A stretch of DNA of 64,000 bases from assembly GCA_964506435.1 (NCBI GenBank), contig CAZDLK010000002.1:16384-80383 (forward strand), given 5' to 3'. Of this stretch, positions 28,203 through 38,150 are shown in pieces. Positions within the stretch are counted from its first letter, which is position 1. Each line of letters begins with the position of its first letter. The stretch comes from an uncultured Candidatus Bathyarchaeia archaeon (GTDB lineage: Archaea > Thermoproteota > Bathyarchaeia > Bathyarchaeales > Bathycorpusculaceae). Position numbers and translations under genes: made by a program. Below the pieces are notes generated by a model. The model searched no databases, was not told the origin of the DNA, and was given only the letters and a program-made list of their open reading frames with translations.

Positions 28203-29303
28203 GTGCAGAAACCAATGGATGCAACTAAACCGAAACCAAAAGTAACTCGCAAAACAGTACTGCTGCCAATCATAGGTTTAGCTGCGTTCTTCCTGTACAT
28301 TTACCTCTTCAACGTCGACATCCTAGAAATAATCGCCACTGCACAGCGCGCTGACCCAGTGATTTTCTCCGCAGCCATACTAGTCAGCTTGGCAGAAGTG
28401 CTCTTTTATGCCATTTCATGGCGCACGCTGCTTAGTTCGCTGCAAGTGAAAATTTCCGTCATCAAATCCTACCTTTTCGTCTGGTACGGAATCTTCATGG
28501 ACATAATAGTTCCAGCTGAATCCGTAAGCGGAGAAGTCTGCAGAGTATACTTGGTCACAAGGGAACAAGACGGCACAAGCGGCAAAACAATAGCCTCACT
28601 TGTTCTGCACAGGCTGCTAGGCATGGGAATAAACGTTGCAGCGCTGATAATAGGCTTCGTTTTGCTTCTCGGAGAAACAGAAATCAACCAAGTCATTTTC
28701 AACCTCATCCTGTTCTTCACAGCAACCATCGCAGCCATCCTGATCCTCATCATACTGCTCTCTTTCAAAGAAAACCTCAGCCTAAAAGTAATCAAAGCGC
28801 TGATACGCGTTGGCGACTTCATCACAAGAGGCAAATGGAAACTATTCAACAAGATTAAGGAAGAAATACACGAAGCAACGAAAATGTTCCATGATTCCAT
28901 GCAGGAATACCGACGCAAACCCCGAGCAGTCACCGCATCGTTGATTCTGCTTGCAGTAAACTGGACCTGCAGCTTAAGCATACCATACCTCGTGTTTCTG
29001 GCACTTGGATTTCCAGTGTCATGGAGCGTAATTCTGATAACTTCATCCATAGTTGTAGCCGTCAAATCCATACCAATAGGCGTACCCTTTGAAGTTGGGC
29101 TTCCAGAAATCACAATGACTACACTTTACGCCGCAATGCTAGGCACAGACCCACAAACCGCAGCAATATGCGCCACAGTAACCATCCTATCCAGACTCAT
29201 AACGCTCTGGCTCAGATTCTTCATAGGCTTCATAGCCCAACAGTGGATTGAACTGAAACCCATCGTAGCAGCACCAACCACTGCTGCAACGGAAAAAGCC
29301 TAA
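28203..29303 (+). CDS. Polytopic membrane protein, probably of the UPF0104/LPG-synthase-TM (flippase-like) family
   Basis: 366 aa, about 8 TM segments. The basic N-terminus and overall pattern resemble the flippase-like domain family. Assigned from memory only. Confidence 0.45.
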   Translation: MQKPMDATKPKPKVTRKTVLLPIIGLAAFFLYIYLFNVDILEIIATAQRADPVIFSAAILVSLAEVLFYAISWRTLLSSLQVKISVIKSYLFVWYGIFMDIIVPAESVSGEVCRVYLVTREQDGTSGKTIASLVLHRLLGMGINVAALIIGFVLLLGETEINQVIFNLILFFTATIAAILILIILLSFKENLSLKVIKALIRVGDFITRGKWKLFNKIKEEIHEATKMFHDSMQEYRRKPRAVTASLILLAVNWTCSLSIPYLVFLALGFPVSWSVILITSSIVVAVKSIPIGVPFEVGLPEITMTTLYAAMLGTDPQTAAICATVTILSRLITLWLRFFIGFIAQQWIELKPIVAAPTTAATEKA

Positions 29304-29341
29304 AATCGCCCCGTGCAACATCATTCTTTTGCGGTTAAGGC

Positions 29342-29787
29342 ATGGAAATAAAAATCGAAGACGCCTCAATCAGGCTTCTGGACAAACTTTACGACATAGA
29401 AAAACAATGCTTCAAACAAGAAGCATTCACCAAACAACAAATAGCCTATTGCTGACAGACTACAACGCCATCGCATTAACCGCAGAAGTAAACAACGAAA
29501 CAGCAGGCTTCATAATAAGCAGACTAGACATCACGCGAAACACGTTATTCGGGCACATACTCACCATAGACATAGCACCATCTCACCGCCGAAAAGGCAT
29601 AGCGCAAAAACTACTCCACGAAACAGAAACCATACTCAAAGCGAAAGGCGCCAAGGAATGCTGCTTGGAAGTACGCGAAGACAACACCGCAGCACTAACA
29701 TTATACCAAAAAGGATACAAAAAGGCAGGCAAACTCAACAAGTACTACGGCAAAAAACATGGCATATACCTCAAAAAAACCCTCTAA
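29342..29787 (+). pseudogene. GNAT (RimI-like) N-acetyltransferase interrupted by a 1-nt frameshift near 29447-29452
   Basis: Frame A 29342-29455 reads MEIKIEDASIRLLDKLYDIEKQCFKQEAFTKQQIAYC*. Frame B from 29449 continues LLTDYNAIALTAEV...HRRKGIAQKLL... (acetyl-CoA motif). Confidence 0.6.
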
Positions 29788-29967
29788 ACACAACATCAAA
29801 TTCAACTTCGCCGCCAAAAACAGGAAAAACAGACAACTTCAACGCCAACTTAACATTAAAACTACATTTCAAACCTTAAACAAAATGCATGCGGCTCGAG
29901 ATTTGGACACAAACGTTTAAAAACACTGACGCGATTACCCTACGCTGAAGGGGGAGATCTGGGAGAC

Positions 29968-30234
29968 TTGCAGCGCAAAACCAAGGAGCAAACCCTCGTT
30001 AAAACCATCGTAGTTTTGATACGCAACACGACTTGGCGATGCGGAAAACTTGAAAAATCCATTGTTAAGCACCTCTATAAGCGGCACGAAAACTTTGGAA
30101 AAGCAAACGTTTCAGTCGGCGACATCATGCAAAACTTGGACCTCGCCGGAGAGAAAAAAAGCGAGTTTTTAGACGCCCTCAAGCGGCTGGAAAAACGGAA
30201 AATTGTGAAACTGATGCCTCTGCACGCTCCATAA
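29968..30234 (+). CDS. Small hypothetical protein (88 aa), possibly winged-helix
   Basis: ORF track only. Confidence 0.3.
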   Translation: MQRKTKEQTLVKTIVVLIRNTTWRCGKLEKSIVKHLYKRHENFGKANVSVGDIMQNLDLAGEKKSEFLDALKRLEKRKIVKLMPLHAP

Positions 30235-30288
30235 CCGCATGCAACAGGCCTTTTTCGTGCCTATCAAGCTTTCACTGCGACGCAGAGT

Positions 30289-31671
30289 TTACTTTAAGAG
30301 CTCTTTTTCAGGTGGAGCCTGCTTTATCAAGCCATGCTTCATAAGCAAACGGGTTGAGTCTCGGGCATTTTTAATTATCGCTGAAGCACGCTCGTAAAGC
30401 TCTTGCTTGCTGGGTTTAACTCTTGCCACGCCCTGCTCAATCGACTTAACTGCGCATGCAACAGCTTCTCTGGGAAAAACTTCCCATTCGTCCATTCTGG
30501 GCAAGATGTCTTTTTCGTGCATGCCTCTTTCCTCAGCGAAACGTGCCAGTTCCTGTGCTGCGGCGATGCACATGTCATCTGTAACCGTTTTCGCCTTAAC
30601 GTCTAGCACGCCGCGGAATATTGCTGGAAAACCCAAACTGTTATTCACCTGATTAGGAAAGTCGCTTCTGCCCGTTGCCACAATGCGCGCGCCTGCTTCC
30701 GCTGCGTCCCAAGGCCAGATTTCAGGAATAGGATTAGCACATGCAAAAAGTACAGCGTTGTCTGCCATTGTTTTTATCCACTGTTTTTTTATGGTGTCTG
30801 GTCCCGGTTTTGACGCGGCAACCACAGCGTCCACGCCTTTGAAGGCTTCGGCAGTGTCGCCTGTTCTGCCTTCGGCGTTGGTTTTTTGGGTTAGCTCGTA
30901 TTTCCACGGGTCTTCTGCCTGTGTTATGTCTGTTCTTCCCGGGTGGACTATGCCTTTGGTGTCAACCATTATTATGTTGCCTGCTTTTACGCCCCATTTG
31001 GTGAGCACGTACGCGGTGCGTATGTTGGCTGCTCCTGAACCCATCAGCGTAATAAGAGCTTCGCAGGGTTTTTTGCCTACGATTTTGAAGGCATTAATCA
31101 AGCCTGCGAGGATTACTGTGGCGGTTCCCTGCTGGTCGTCGTGCCAAACTGGAATCTGCAGGCGTTCTCTTGTTTTTTCGAGGATGTGGAAGCATTTGGG
31201 TTTTTCAATGTCTTCCAAATTGATGCCGCCGAAAGAAGGCTCAAGCAATTCGCATGTGCGCACTATCTCGTCTGGGTTTTTGGTTTTTAGGCATATTGGG
31301 AACGCGTCTACGCCGCCTAGGTACTTGAACAGTAATGCTTTGCCTTCCATTACGGGCATGGCGGCTTCGGGTCCTATGTTGCCTAAGCCTAGGACGCGTG
31401 TGCCGTCTGTGACTACGGCGACGTAGTTCCAGCGGTTTGTGAGCTCAAATGATTTGTCTGGGTTTGCTTGGATTTCTCTGCATGGTGTGGCTACGCCTGG
31501 TGTGTACCAGACGGCGAAGTCGTCTGTGCTTGTGATGGCGCATTTGGGTATGACTTGGACTTTGCCTTCGTAGAATTTGTGCATGGGCGATGCTAACATT
31601 GCGGGTTTTTTTGCTTTAGCTAATAGTTCTTCCACAGTGGGTTTGGGTTCTTCTTGTTTTTCGGCGGTCAA
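30289..31671 (-). CDS. NAD(P)-dependent malic enzyme (short prokaryotic form)
   Basis: VVTDGTRVLGLGNIGPEAAMPVMEGKALLFK and the GSGAA dinucleotide fold. 460 aa. Confidence 0.85.
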   Translation of the reverse strand: MTAEKQEEPKPTVEELLAKAKKPAMLASPMHKFYEGKVQVIPKCAITSTDDFAVWYTPGVATPCREIQANPDKSFELTNRWNYVAVVTDGTRVLGLGNIGPEAAMPVMEGKALLFKYLGGVDAFPICLKTKNPDEIVRTCELLEPSFGGINLEDIEKPKCFHILEKTRERLQIPVWHDDQQGTATVILAGLINAFKIVGKKPCEALITLMGSGAANIRTAYVLTKWGVKAGNIIMVDTKGIVHPGRTDITQAEDPWKYELTQKTNAEGRTGDTAEAFKGVDAVVAASKPGPDTIKKQWIKTMADNAVLFACANPIPEIWPWDAAEAGARIVATGRSDFPNQVNNSLGFPAIFRGVLDVKAKTVTDDMCIAAAQELARFAEERGMHEKDILPRMDEWEVFPREAVACAVKSIEQGVARVKPSKQELYERASAIIKNARDSTRLLMKHGLIKQAPPEKELLK

Positions 31672-31781
31672 CTTGTTTTTCCCCTTATTAGAAATGGTAA
31701 GTGTGGCGCGTATTGTTATAGGTTTTTGTTAGGCTTCAGGCGCAAGCGAAATGCACGCGAAAATATAATGAGACTTTATTT

Positions 31782-31850
31782 ACCAAAAGCCTTAACCACA
31801 AACTTGTGGAGATTTCTCCCGCAAATTCTTCCCCTTCTTTTTCTGTTTAA
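31782..31850 (+). repeat. Intergenic element X, carrying TACCAAAAGCCTTAA and GATTTCTCCCGC boxes; related copies at 47877-47950 and 48182-48230
   Basis: Direct comparison of the three loci. Confidence 0.4.
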
Positions 31851-32026
31851 GAATATGGATACAATCATATTGAAAAGCAGTGCTTTTCGTTTGGTTAGAG
31901 TCAACCGTGACCTTGTTTTCCCTTTTTGCAGTTTTTACTGGAGAACAATTAAACCCTCTGCGGTGTCACTGCGATTTGAGCTCAGGACAGATGGAGATAT
32001 CACCAGCAAATCCAATATTTTTGACT

Positions 32027-32707
32027 TTACGAAGTAGCTGATGTGCCGAAGTACCCTTTTTCCTCTTTTGAGCCCCCGCTACTTTCGCTGGTAAGTAACG
32101 ACCAACTAGCAGTAAACGCCCCAACCCTTGCGTTGAAAGGTGTATCACTACAAGCTACCAGTATCACATCACCATCTTGCGGTTCAAGCTCGCTAAATAA
32201 CAGGTGCCCATTCTCGGGACAAGCTTCGGCAATACCTTGAATACTCGATGCAACACGTAAACACCCACTTGTGAAAACAAGAAGTGCAACATTAATTGCG
32301 CCAGCCTTGATGGCTGCAACCTGCATTTCAGTGTCAAACCTTACTCTGCCGCAATGACCTCTGATTAAAAAGGCAAAATAGAATTGAGAAGTCGAGCCAG
32401 TTCTACGAAATGCAATTCTTTTAGGAAAGACTTGCTCCAATTCACGCCAAACACGTAAGCCTTCAGCAGTAAGGTTACAGCCCATGCAAGAAGACGTTAT
32501 TAAGCCAGCCCTTTTTAACCGACGTACTATGTTACGCGCAGAGCCCACACCTATAGTCAACTTCTCAGCGAGTTTGAAGCGCCCAACTGTCCTCTTGGAT
32601 AAAAGTTCTAGAGCAAAAACTAAGTGAAACATAGAAAAAGCTAAAGGGGGACTGGGAGCCTTAATCTCTGCTAACCCTGTAAGCAGATCTTTAATTTCAG
32701 AAAGCAC
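32027..32707 (-). CDS. Putative HTH regulator with an uncharacterised C-terminal domain
   Basis: N-terminal LLSKRTVGRFKLAEKLTIGVGSARNIVRRLKRAGLI is wHTH-like. It is the last gene of the CobN cluster. Confidence 0.4.
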   Translation of the reverse strand: MLSEIKDLLTGLAEIKAPSPPLAFSMFHLVFALELLSKRTVGRFKLAEKLTIGVGSARNIVRRLKRAGLITSSCMGCNLTAEGLRVWRELEQVFPKRIAFRRTGSTSQFYFAFLIRGHCGRVRFDTEMQVAAIKAGAINVALLVFTSGCLRVASSIQGIAEACPENGHLLFSELEPQDGDVILVACSDTPFNARVGAFTASWSLLTSESSGGSKEEKGYFGTSATS

Positions 32708-32799
32708 ACGTGAATCACTTCTCGATATCTAGCGACACCTCATATATTATTGGTCTCTTCATACGCTGCTTTTCCTCAAGGCAAATATACATCCTGCAA

Positions 32800-33558
32800 T
32801 CAAGTTACGCCATCATGCTTCTTCAGCGCTTCAGCCACCGCCGTCTTGGTTGTGCGCCCAATTAACTCGCCCAGTTTGGTATGGCCGCTAGTCAACAACA
32901 GCGGCTTGCCCTGTTTCCCCGAAACGACAATTATGTTATCGGTTCCAGTGCCCGTTGCCTGATATTGAGGTGAAAAGGTGCTTTTCACATTCAAATCTTG
33001 AAGCGCCGCGGTTTTCGCCTCTGTAATCGTAATAATAGCCCTAGCCATTGCGCCATCAGTCAAAGTAGCATCAGTTAGAAGAAGAATATTGATTGTGCCA
33101 ATAGCATTCGCGAAAGAGCCAGGCAACTCCATATAGTTTGCTACTTCCGCACCCGTCCGCAACGCATTACCTTTTGCTCCTGCAGTAGCCAGACAGCACA
33201 CGTTTAACGCTGCGTAAGACTGCTCACAAGAAGCCAACTGGTCCATATCCACTCCAGTGCTTAAAAACGAAAGCAATTCAGGAGTAACGCCTAACGCCAA
33301 AGGAAAACTCTGCCTGAACTCCTGAAAACTCTGCATTGTGCGCTTCGCCAAAGAATTAGGCACATAAGTGTTAGCTACGTAGGGCACCTCTCTGAAGCCC
33401 TCCAACGTCGAAAGTACTCTACGCTTCTCACCAAAAGAGACAAACAAAGTGTTAAGTTTAACACCGCGATAAACATGGTAAATCACCTTCGCTACTACAC
33501 CATCCAACGAAACATCAACGGTTTTCTCGCTCAATTTCAGATTCAGTTCATTCATCAC
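32800..33558 (-). CDS. CbiZ-like protein (adenosylcobinamide amidohydrolase family), tentative
   Basis: 252 aa. GTINILLLTD...ITEAKTAALQDLNV...ATGTGTDNIIVV resembles my recollection of CbiZ motifs. Sits beside a BtuFCD-like importer. Confidence 0.5.
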   Translation of the reverse strand: MMNELNLKLSEKTVDVSLDGVVAKVIYHVYRGVKLNTLFVSFGEKRRVLSTLEGFREVPYVANTYVPNSLAKRTMQSFQEFRQSFPLALGVTPELLSFLSTGVDMDQLASCEQSYAALNVCCLATAGAKGNALRTGAEVANYMELPGSFANAIGTINILLLTDATLTDGAMARAIITITEAKTAALQDLNVKSTFSPQYQATGTGTDNIIVVSGKQGKPLLLTSGHTKLGELIGRTTKTAVAEALKKHDGVT

Positions 33559-33574
33559 AAATCACTTTCTGCTC

Positions 33575-36500
33575 TTACTTTTTTTCGTTTGCACCCTCCA
33601 ACACTCCCTCAACCTCCAAGTAAAGCGACTGCAGCTTCTTCTTCATGTCCTCAGTTGCATGCCACAGACCACGCTCAATAGCCTCCAAAAGACGCTCCGC
33701 CATATTCTGCAAAGCATACGGATTAACCTCTTTCAGCCACTCCTGCATCTTCGGATCCAACGCGTACTTGTTAGCCAAGCCCTCCCACATCCAGTCCTCC
33801 ACAACCTCAACCGTGGCATCCCAACCTAAGACATCATCAAGTGTCTTAGAAAGGTCAGCGGAACCAGCATAACCATGACGTTTCATACTGCCAATCCACT
33901 TAGGATTAAGGAGGCGCTCACGAAAAACATGACACGTCTCCTCCGCAGTACTTCTAACCTGAACTCGGTCAGGGTCAGAACTGTCGCCACAGAAAGACCG
34001 AGGCTTTTTACCACTACACATCTTAACAGCGCAAATCATTCCGCCGTGAGCATCATACCAATCGTCACAGTCCAAAATGTCGTACTCACGGGAATCCTGA
34101 TTCTTCACCGTCGCATCAATTTCACTAAGACAGCGTTTAAACTGTTCAGGAACGGAAACACCGTAGACTTCTCGACTGTAAGCAAAACTTCCCCATGAAA
34201 CATAAACTTCACCTAAATCCTTCTGGTCTTTCCAGTTCCCAGAGGTTATGGCTCCACTGACGCCGCAACCGTAAGTGCCTGGGCGATCCCCAAAAAGCCT
34301 GTAACAAGCCTCCTCACGTGCCTTTTCAGCGTTGACTCCTTGGCTAACCCGTTCTTTTACTGTCTCTTTCACGTGTTTTGCGATGTAGTTTTTATCAGGC
34401 GGCTCATTAAGACCAGCAACCAGCGTCACAGCCTCATCAAGCAGATGAATAAGATTGGGGAAAGCATCTCTGAACATTCCGCTAAGTCGGACAGTTACAT
34501 CGATACGGGGGCGATTCAACTTCTCAAGCGGAATAACGTCTAAACCCTTTACTCGACCGCTGCTTGCTTCCCAAACAGGCTTAACTCCCATGAGATATAG
34601 AATCTCAGCAACGTCGTCGCCATTTGTCTTCATGGTATCAGTAGCCCAGATGATGATGCCGACGCCTTCAGGATACTTTCCCTCTTCTTTCAGGTACCTT
34701 CCCACTAAGGCATCGCCCAATGCTACTCCAACGCGCCAAGAAGCAGAAGTGGGAATGTTCCGTGGGTCAATAGAATAAAAGTTCCTGCCCGTCGGCAAAA
34801 TATCTGCCAAACCTCGTGTGATAGAACCAGAAGGGCCGGGAAGAACATAACCTCCCTCGAATGACGCCGTGATGTTGCTTAATTCTTCAGGGGTTTTTGC
34901 TAAAGCTGGCACAAGAAAATTGACTACGTACATTAAGCATTGCCGAACGTTGGGGTTGTCGCAGCCAAGCACTTCCTGCATTACTCCAGCAACATCTTGT
35001 TCCTTGAAGCCTGTCGCTCCAAGTTTACTCATCAGTTCCAGAGAGAGACTTCGAATCTCTTTGAGTATATCTCCATTGGTTCTGCCGTCAGAAAGCAACT
35101 TTCCCTTATTCGCCAGCAAATCTTCATAATCATAACCTTTCAACTCGGCAAGTGCCTGCCTTAAAGAAGGCACAGAACCGTTACTTAGCCGCGTTAAAGT
35201 AACTAGAAACTCTTCCAGCCGTGAACCAGCAGGAGCTTCACCTAAAATATGTAGTCCATCTCGAATTTGAGCATCAGATAACTCATGTAAATAGCCATGT
35301 AAACGTTCCAAGAAAGCTTTGAAATCCGAAAACGCAGCATCCGCGGTAACTTGAAGATCCTGATCCAGCTTGGCTTCAACAACTTTTTCCCAAATCACCT
35401 TCTGCAGAACAGGCAACTTTCCTTTATCCGCAGTCTTCACGTGATAATACTCTTGAAGCTGAACCTCAAGCTGTGACGTTTCCTCATACAAGTCAGCATT
35501 ATGCATCACTGGAACCAGATAATCAATGATGCAGCAGTAGCTGCGGCGTTTAGCTTGTGTACCTTCCCCTGGATTTGTAATCACGTACGGGTAAACGTTA
35601 GGCAGATCCCTTATCGCTACGTCAGGGAAACATGAAGCGGAAAGCCCTACTGACTTACCGGGCAGCCACTCTAAACTGCCGTGCGTACCAACATGAAGGA
35701 CAACATTGGCTTTGAACACGTCTCGAACCCAACGGTAGTAACCGTAATAATTATGAGATAATGAAAGGTCAGGGCTGTGAAGGCTAGCGGAACTGTCTTC
35801 TGAAGAACCCTTAGAACCATGCGACTTGCTGGAACTGCGAGCAGGCTGAAGCCCCAAAAAAATGTTTCCGTTGATTATGCCGCCCATCAGCAAATTACCC
35901 TTGTAACCGAAGGATTTGCTTGATGGTTTACCCCATTTGGAAGTCATTTTATCTTGAGCGCCAACCGGCAACTCATCAAACCAAGCCGCGTACTGTTTAG
36001 ATGAAATCTTATCCACAGCCCTTTCTGCAAGCTCTTCAGCACTTGACCAGCGCATATCGTTAGTTAATCCCGCAATTACTTCTTCAATTAGCTGTTGACC
36101 ATTTTCTGGCAGATACTCAATGCTGTAACCTATAGCCTTCATATCCTGCAGTAGCTTCAAAACCGAAACAGGAGTATCAATGGCAAACGCTTTGCCAATC
36201 GTGTCATTTCTTGGAGGATAGTTATGCAAGATCACCGCTACTTTTCTTTCGCTGTTCGGAATATGACGCAGTTTCGCCCAGTTAAAGCTCAAACGGGCCA
36301 GCTTTTTAACTCTTTCAGGAATAGGCTTATACTGAAGTATTTTAGTTCCCGTCAAAGGGTTAATTTCAGATTTGTCCATTGCCGCGACGGGCACAGTGAT
36401 TAAAAGACCATCAAACTCTGGCATAACTACACCAGCAGGTATATCGATTATACTCAGTCCCTGCATGGTGTCACGCCACTCTTCATAAGAATTAGTAGTC

Positions 36501-37321
36501 AAAAGCGCCTTTATGACGGGAACGCCTAATTTTTTGAGAGCATCGGGCGCATTGGCACTAGATGATGCCGATAGAGAAAAATACAGGGTGCTTACTACGG
36601 CGTCTACTATTGGCTTGCCGTCTTTCATGAAATAGTCCGCTATTACCGAGTCTACATTGCGGCCAAAAGAAACTGCGATAGCGTTGCCGCCTAAGGATTC
36701 AATAGCTTCAATTAAGCTGTCCACAAAAACAGCGTCTTCGCCTCGTAACTGCGTTGAGCTAAACCAGATGCCGATAGTGGGTTTGCCAGGCTGATATTTC
36801 TTCTCTATGTACTCGTCCAAGGTGGCGACACCATCAAAAGTAGGATTATAGATGCCACTCCACTCAATCTCCTTAGGAGCCGCAACCTCATAATTGGAGC
36901 CCGTGAAGCGGTTTGCCAGATACAGCAGAAGATTCACAATGTTCTCTTCTCCGCCATGCCTGATGTATTTCAAGACTGCCAAGCGATCTTCTTGTTCAAT
37001 GGTGCATACACTAGGCTGTTCTTTGTTTGAAGAAAGCACTAAAAGCGGCACACGCGCGCTTTTCAAAGTTGATACGAGGCGGTCATAATCTGGAAAGGTT
37101 CCCATTAAATGTACAATGGTTATGTGAGAGTGCTGAGCAAACTGAATGAACTCGTCCATGTTTTCGAAGTCGTTGGATTGTATGCCAACTTGAACGCGAA
37201 CTACAGCTATTTCACCAAATTTTTCATTAACAGATTTTACCGCGGAAATGAACGGCTTAATGTTAGTCGGCATCGTCGTGAGATATGCTAGTTTAAATTG
37301 CTTCAATTTTTTGTTCGCCAA
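33575..37321 (-). CDS. cobN: CobN/BchH-family chelatase large subunit
   Basis: 1248 aa with the conserved HVGTHGSLEWLPGK motif. The track start overlaps the upstream ATPase gene by 29 nt; an alternative Met lies at 37273. Confidence 0.85.
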   Translation of the reverse strand: MANKKLKQFKLAYLTTMPTNIKPFISAVKSVNEKFGEIAVVRVQVGIQSNDFENMDEFIQFAQHSHITIVHLMGTFPDYDRLVSTLKSARVPLLVLSSNKEQPSVCTIEQEDRLAVLKYIRHGGEENIVNLLLYLANRFTGSNYEVAAPKEIEWSGIYNPTFDGVATLDEYIEKKYQPGKPTIGIWFSSTQLRGEDAVFVDSLIEAIESLGGNAIAVSFGRNVDSVIADYFMKDGKPIVDAVVSTLYFSLSASSSANAPDALKKLGVPVIKALLTTNSYEEWRDTMQGLSIIDIPAGVVMPEFDGLLITVPVAAMDKSEINPLTGTKILQYKPIPERVKKLARLSFNWAKLRHIPNSERKVAVILHNYPPRNDTIGKAFAIDTPVSVLKLLQDMKAIGYSIEYLPENGQQLIEEVIAGLTNDMRWSSAEELAERAVDKISSKQYAAWFDELPVGAQDKMTSKWGKPSSKSFGYKGNLLMGGIINGNIFLGLQPARSSSKSHGSKGSSEDSSASLHSPDLSLSHNYYGYYRWVRDVFKANVVLHVGTHGSLEWLPGKSVGLSASCFPDVAIRDLPNVYPYVITNPGEGTQAKRRSYCCIIDYLVPVMHNADLYEETSQLEVQLQEYYHVKTADKGKLPVLQKVIWEKVVEAKLDQDLQVTADAAFSDFKAFLERLHGYLHELSDAQIRDGLHILGEAPAGSRLEEFLVTLTRLSNGSVPSLRQALAELKGYDYEDLLANKGKLLSDGRTNGDILKEIRSLSLELMSKLGATGFKEQDVAGVMQEVLGCDNPNVRQCLMYVVNFLVPALAKTPEELSNITASFEGGYVLPGPSGSITRGLADILPTGRNFYSIDPRNIPTSASWRVGVALGDALVGRYLKEEGKYPEGVGIIIWATDTMKTNGDDVAEILYLMGVKPVWEASSGRVKGLDVIPLEKLNRPRIDVTVRLSGMFRDAFPNLIHLLDEAVTLVAGLNEPPDKNYIAKHVKETVKERVSQGVNAEKAREEACYRLFGDRPGTYGCGVSGAITSGNWKDQKDLGEVYVSWGSFAYSREVYGVSVPEQFKRCLSEIDATVKNQDSREYDILDCDDWYDAHGGMICAVKMCSGKKPRSFCGDSSDPDRVQVRSTAEETCHVFRERLLNPKWIGSMKRHGYAGSADLSKTLDDVLGWDATVEVVEDWMWEGLANKYALDPKMQEWLKEVNPYALQNMAERLLEAIERGLWHATEDMKKKLQSLYLEVEGVLEGANEKK

Positions 37322-38150
37322 CTAAAGGTTTTACTGAGAAAATTGAAGGTGTTTTCAAGCGTGCTTTCTCGTTAAATTCAGATGTTAATGGCGTAACTTG
37401 AGGAAGCCCCAAGAAAGAATCCGTTACTTTGCATCTAACCCTGTAAACTTCCGTTATGTTGGCTTCTGTTAAAACTTCCTTGGGAGAACCAGCGGCAAAG
37501 ACTTTGCCGTCTTTAAGCAGAACCATCACGTCTGAAAAACGAGTAGCCAAATTTAAGTCGTGCATTGCCATTATTACAGAACAATTTTTGTTTTGAATTA
37601 GGCTTTTTAGTATACAGAGTATCTCCAACTGGTGTCGAATATCTAAAGAACTAGTTGGTTCATCCAAAAGCAAAAACTGTGGTTGCTGAGCCAAAGCCCT
37701 TGCGATAATGACCTTTTGTTGCTCACCGCCGCTTAATTCATTAAAAGGGCGGTCGGCAAAAGCGCCGATGCCTATGAAATCCATCACTTCTGCTACAATG
37801 TCGGTATCTTTCTGGCTTAAACTCCAGCCAATGTATGGTTTTCGTCCCATTAGAACCATCTCAAAAACTGTGAAAGGAAATGCGCTGCTTGAACTCTGTG
37901 GCACGTAACCCAAGATTTTTGACAGCGCCTTGAGGTCAAGTTTACTAACGTCATTGCCATCAACAAACACAGTGTTTTGATTAACTTTCAGAACCCGGTT
38001 GACACACTTTAAGAAGGTACTTTTGCCGGAACCATTAGGACCTACAATGCTGAGCACTTCACCCATATTGACAGAGAGGTTCAAATCCTTAAGTACGGAA
38101 CGTCCAGCATAACTGAAGGAAAGTTTATTTATGGTTAGATTCAACCCCAA
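37293..38150 (-). CDS. ABC importer ATPase (BtuD/FepC type)
   Basis: GPNGSGKSTFLK, LSGGEQQKVIIARAL, LLLDEPTSSLD. Confidence 0.85.
   Translation of the reverse strand: MGLNLTINKLSFSYAGRSVLKDLNLSVNMGEVLSIVGPNGSGKSTFLKCVNRVLKVNQNTVFVDGNDVSKLDLKALSKILGYVPQSSSSAFPFTVFEMVLMGRKPYIGWSLSQKDTDIVAEVMDFIGIGAFADRPFNELSGGEQQKVIIARALAQQPQFLLLDEPTSSLDIRHQLEILCILKSLIQNKNCSVIMAMHDLNLATRFSDVMVLLKDGKVFAAGSPKEVLTEANITEVYRVRCKVTDSFLGLPQVTPLTSEFNEKARLKTPSIFSVKPLVGEQKIEAI

Noticed and set aside
29880-29965. Cluster of 6-bp palindromic restriction sites (GCATGC, CTCGAG, AGATCT) that could hint at a cloning scar
   Set aside because: The sites are separated by ordinary sequence with no vector-like features. This density of 6-mers is compatible with chance.
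30683-31426. Long antisense or overlapping ORFs (for example 30683-31426, 28469-29113, 15907-16377, 46504-46893, 3912-4319, 38181-38483, 12001-12360)
   Set aside because: Each lies entirely within a strongly supported gene on the opposite strand or in another frame. All have low-complexity or atypical composition. They are shadow ORFs.
31654-32037. 127-aa ORF here, and 68-aa ORF at 47749-47955, both covering the TACCAAAAGCCTTAA elements
   Set aside because: The shared boxes are read in different frames in the different copies. There are no RBS or promoter signals and no family resemblance. I treat them as non-coding repeats.
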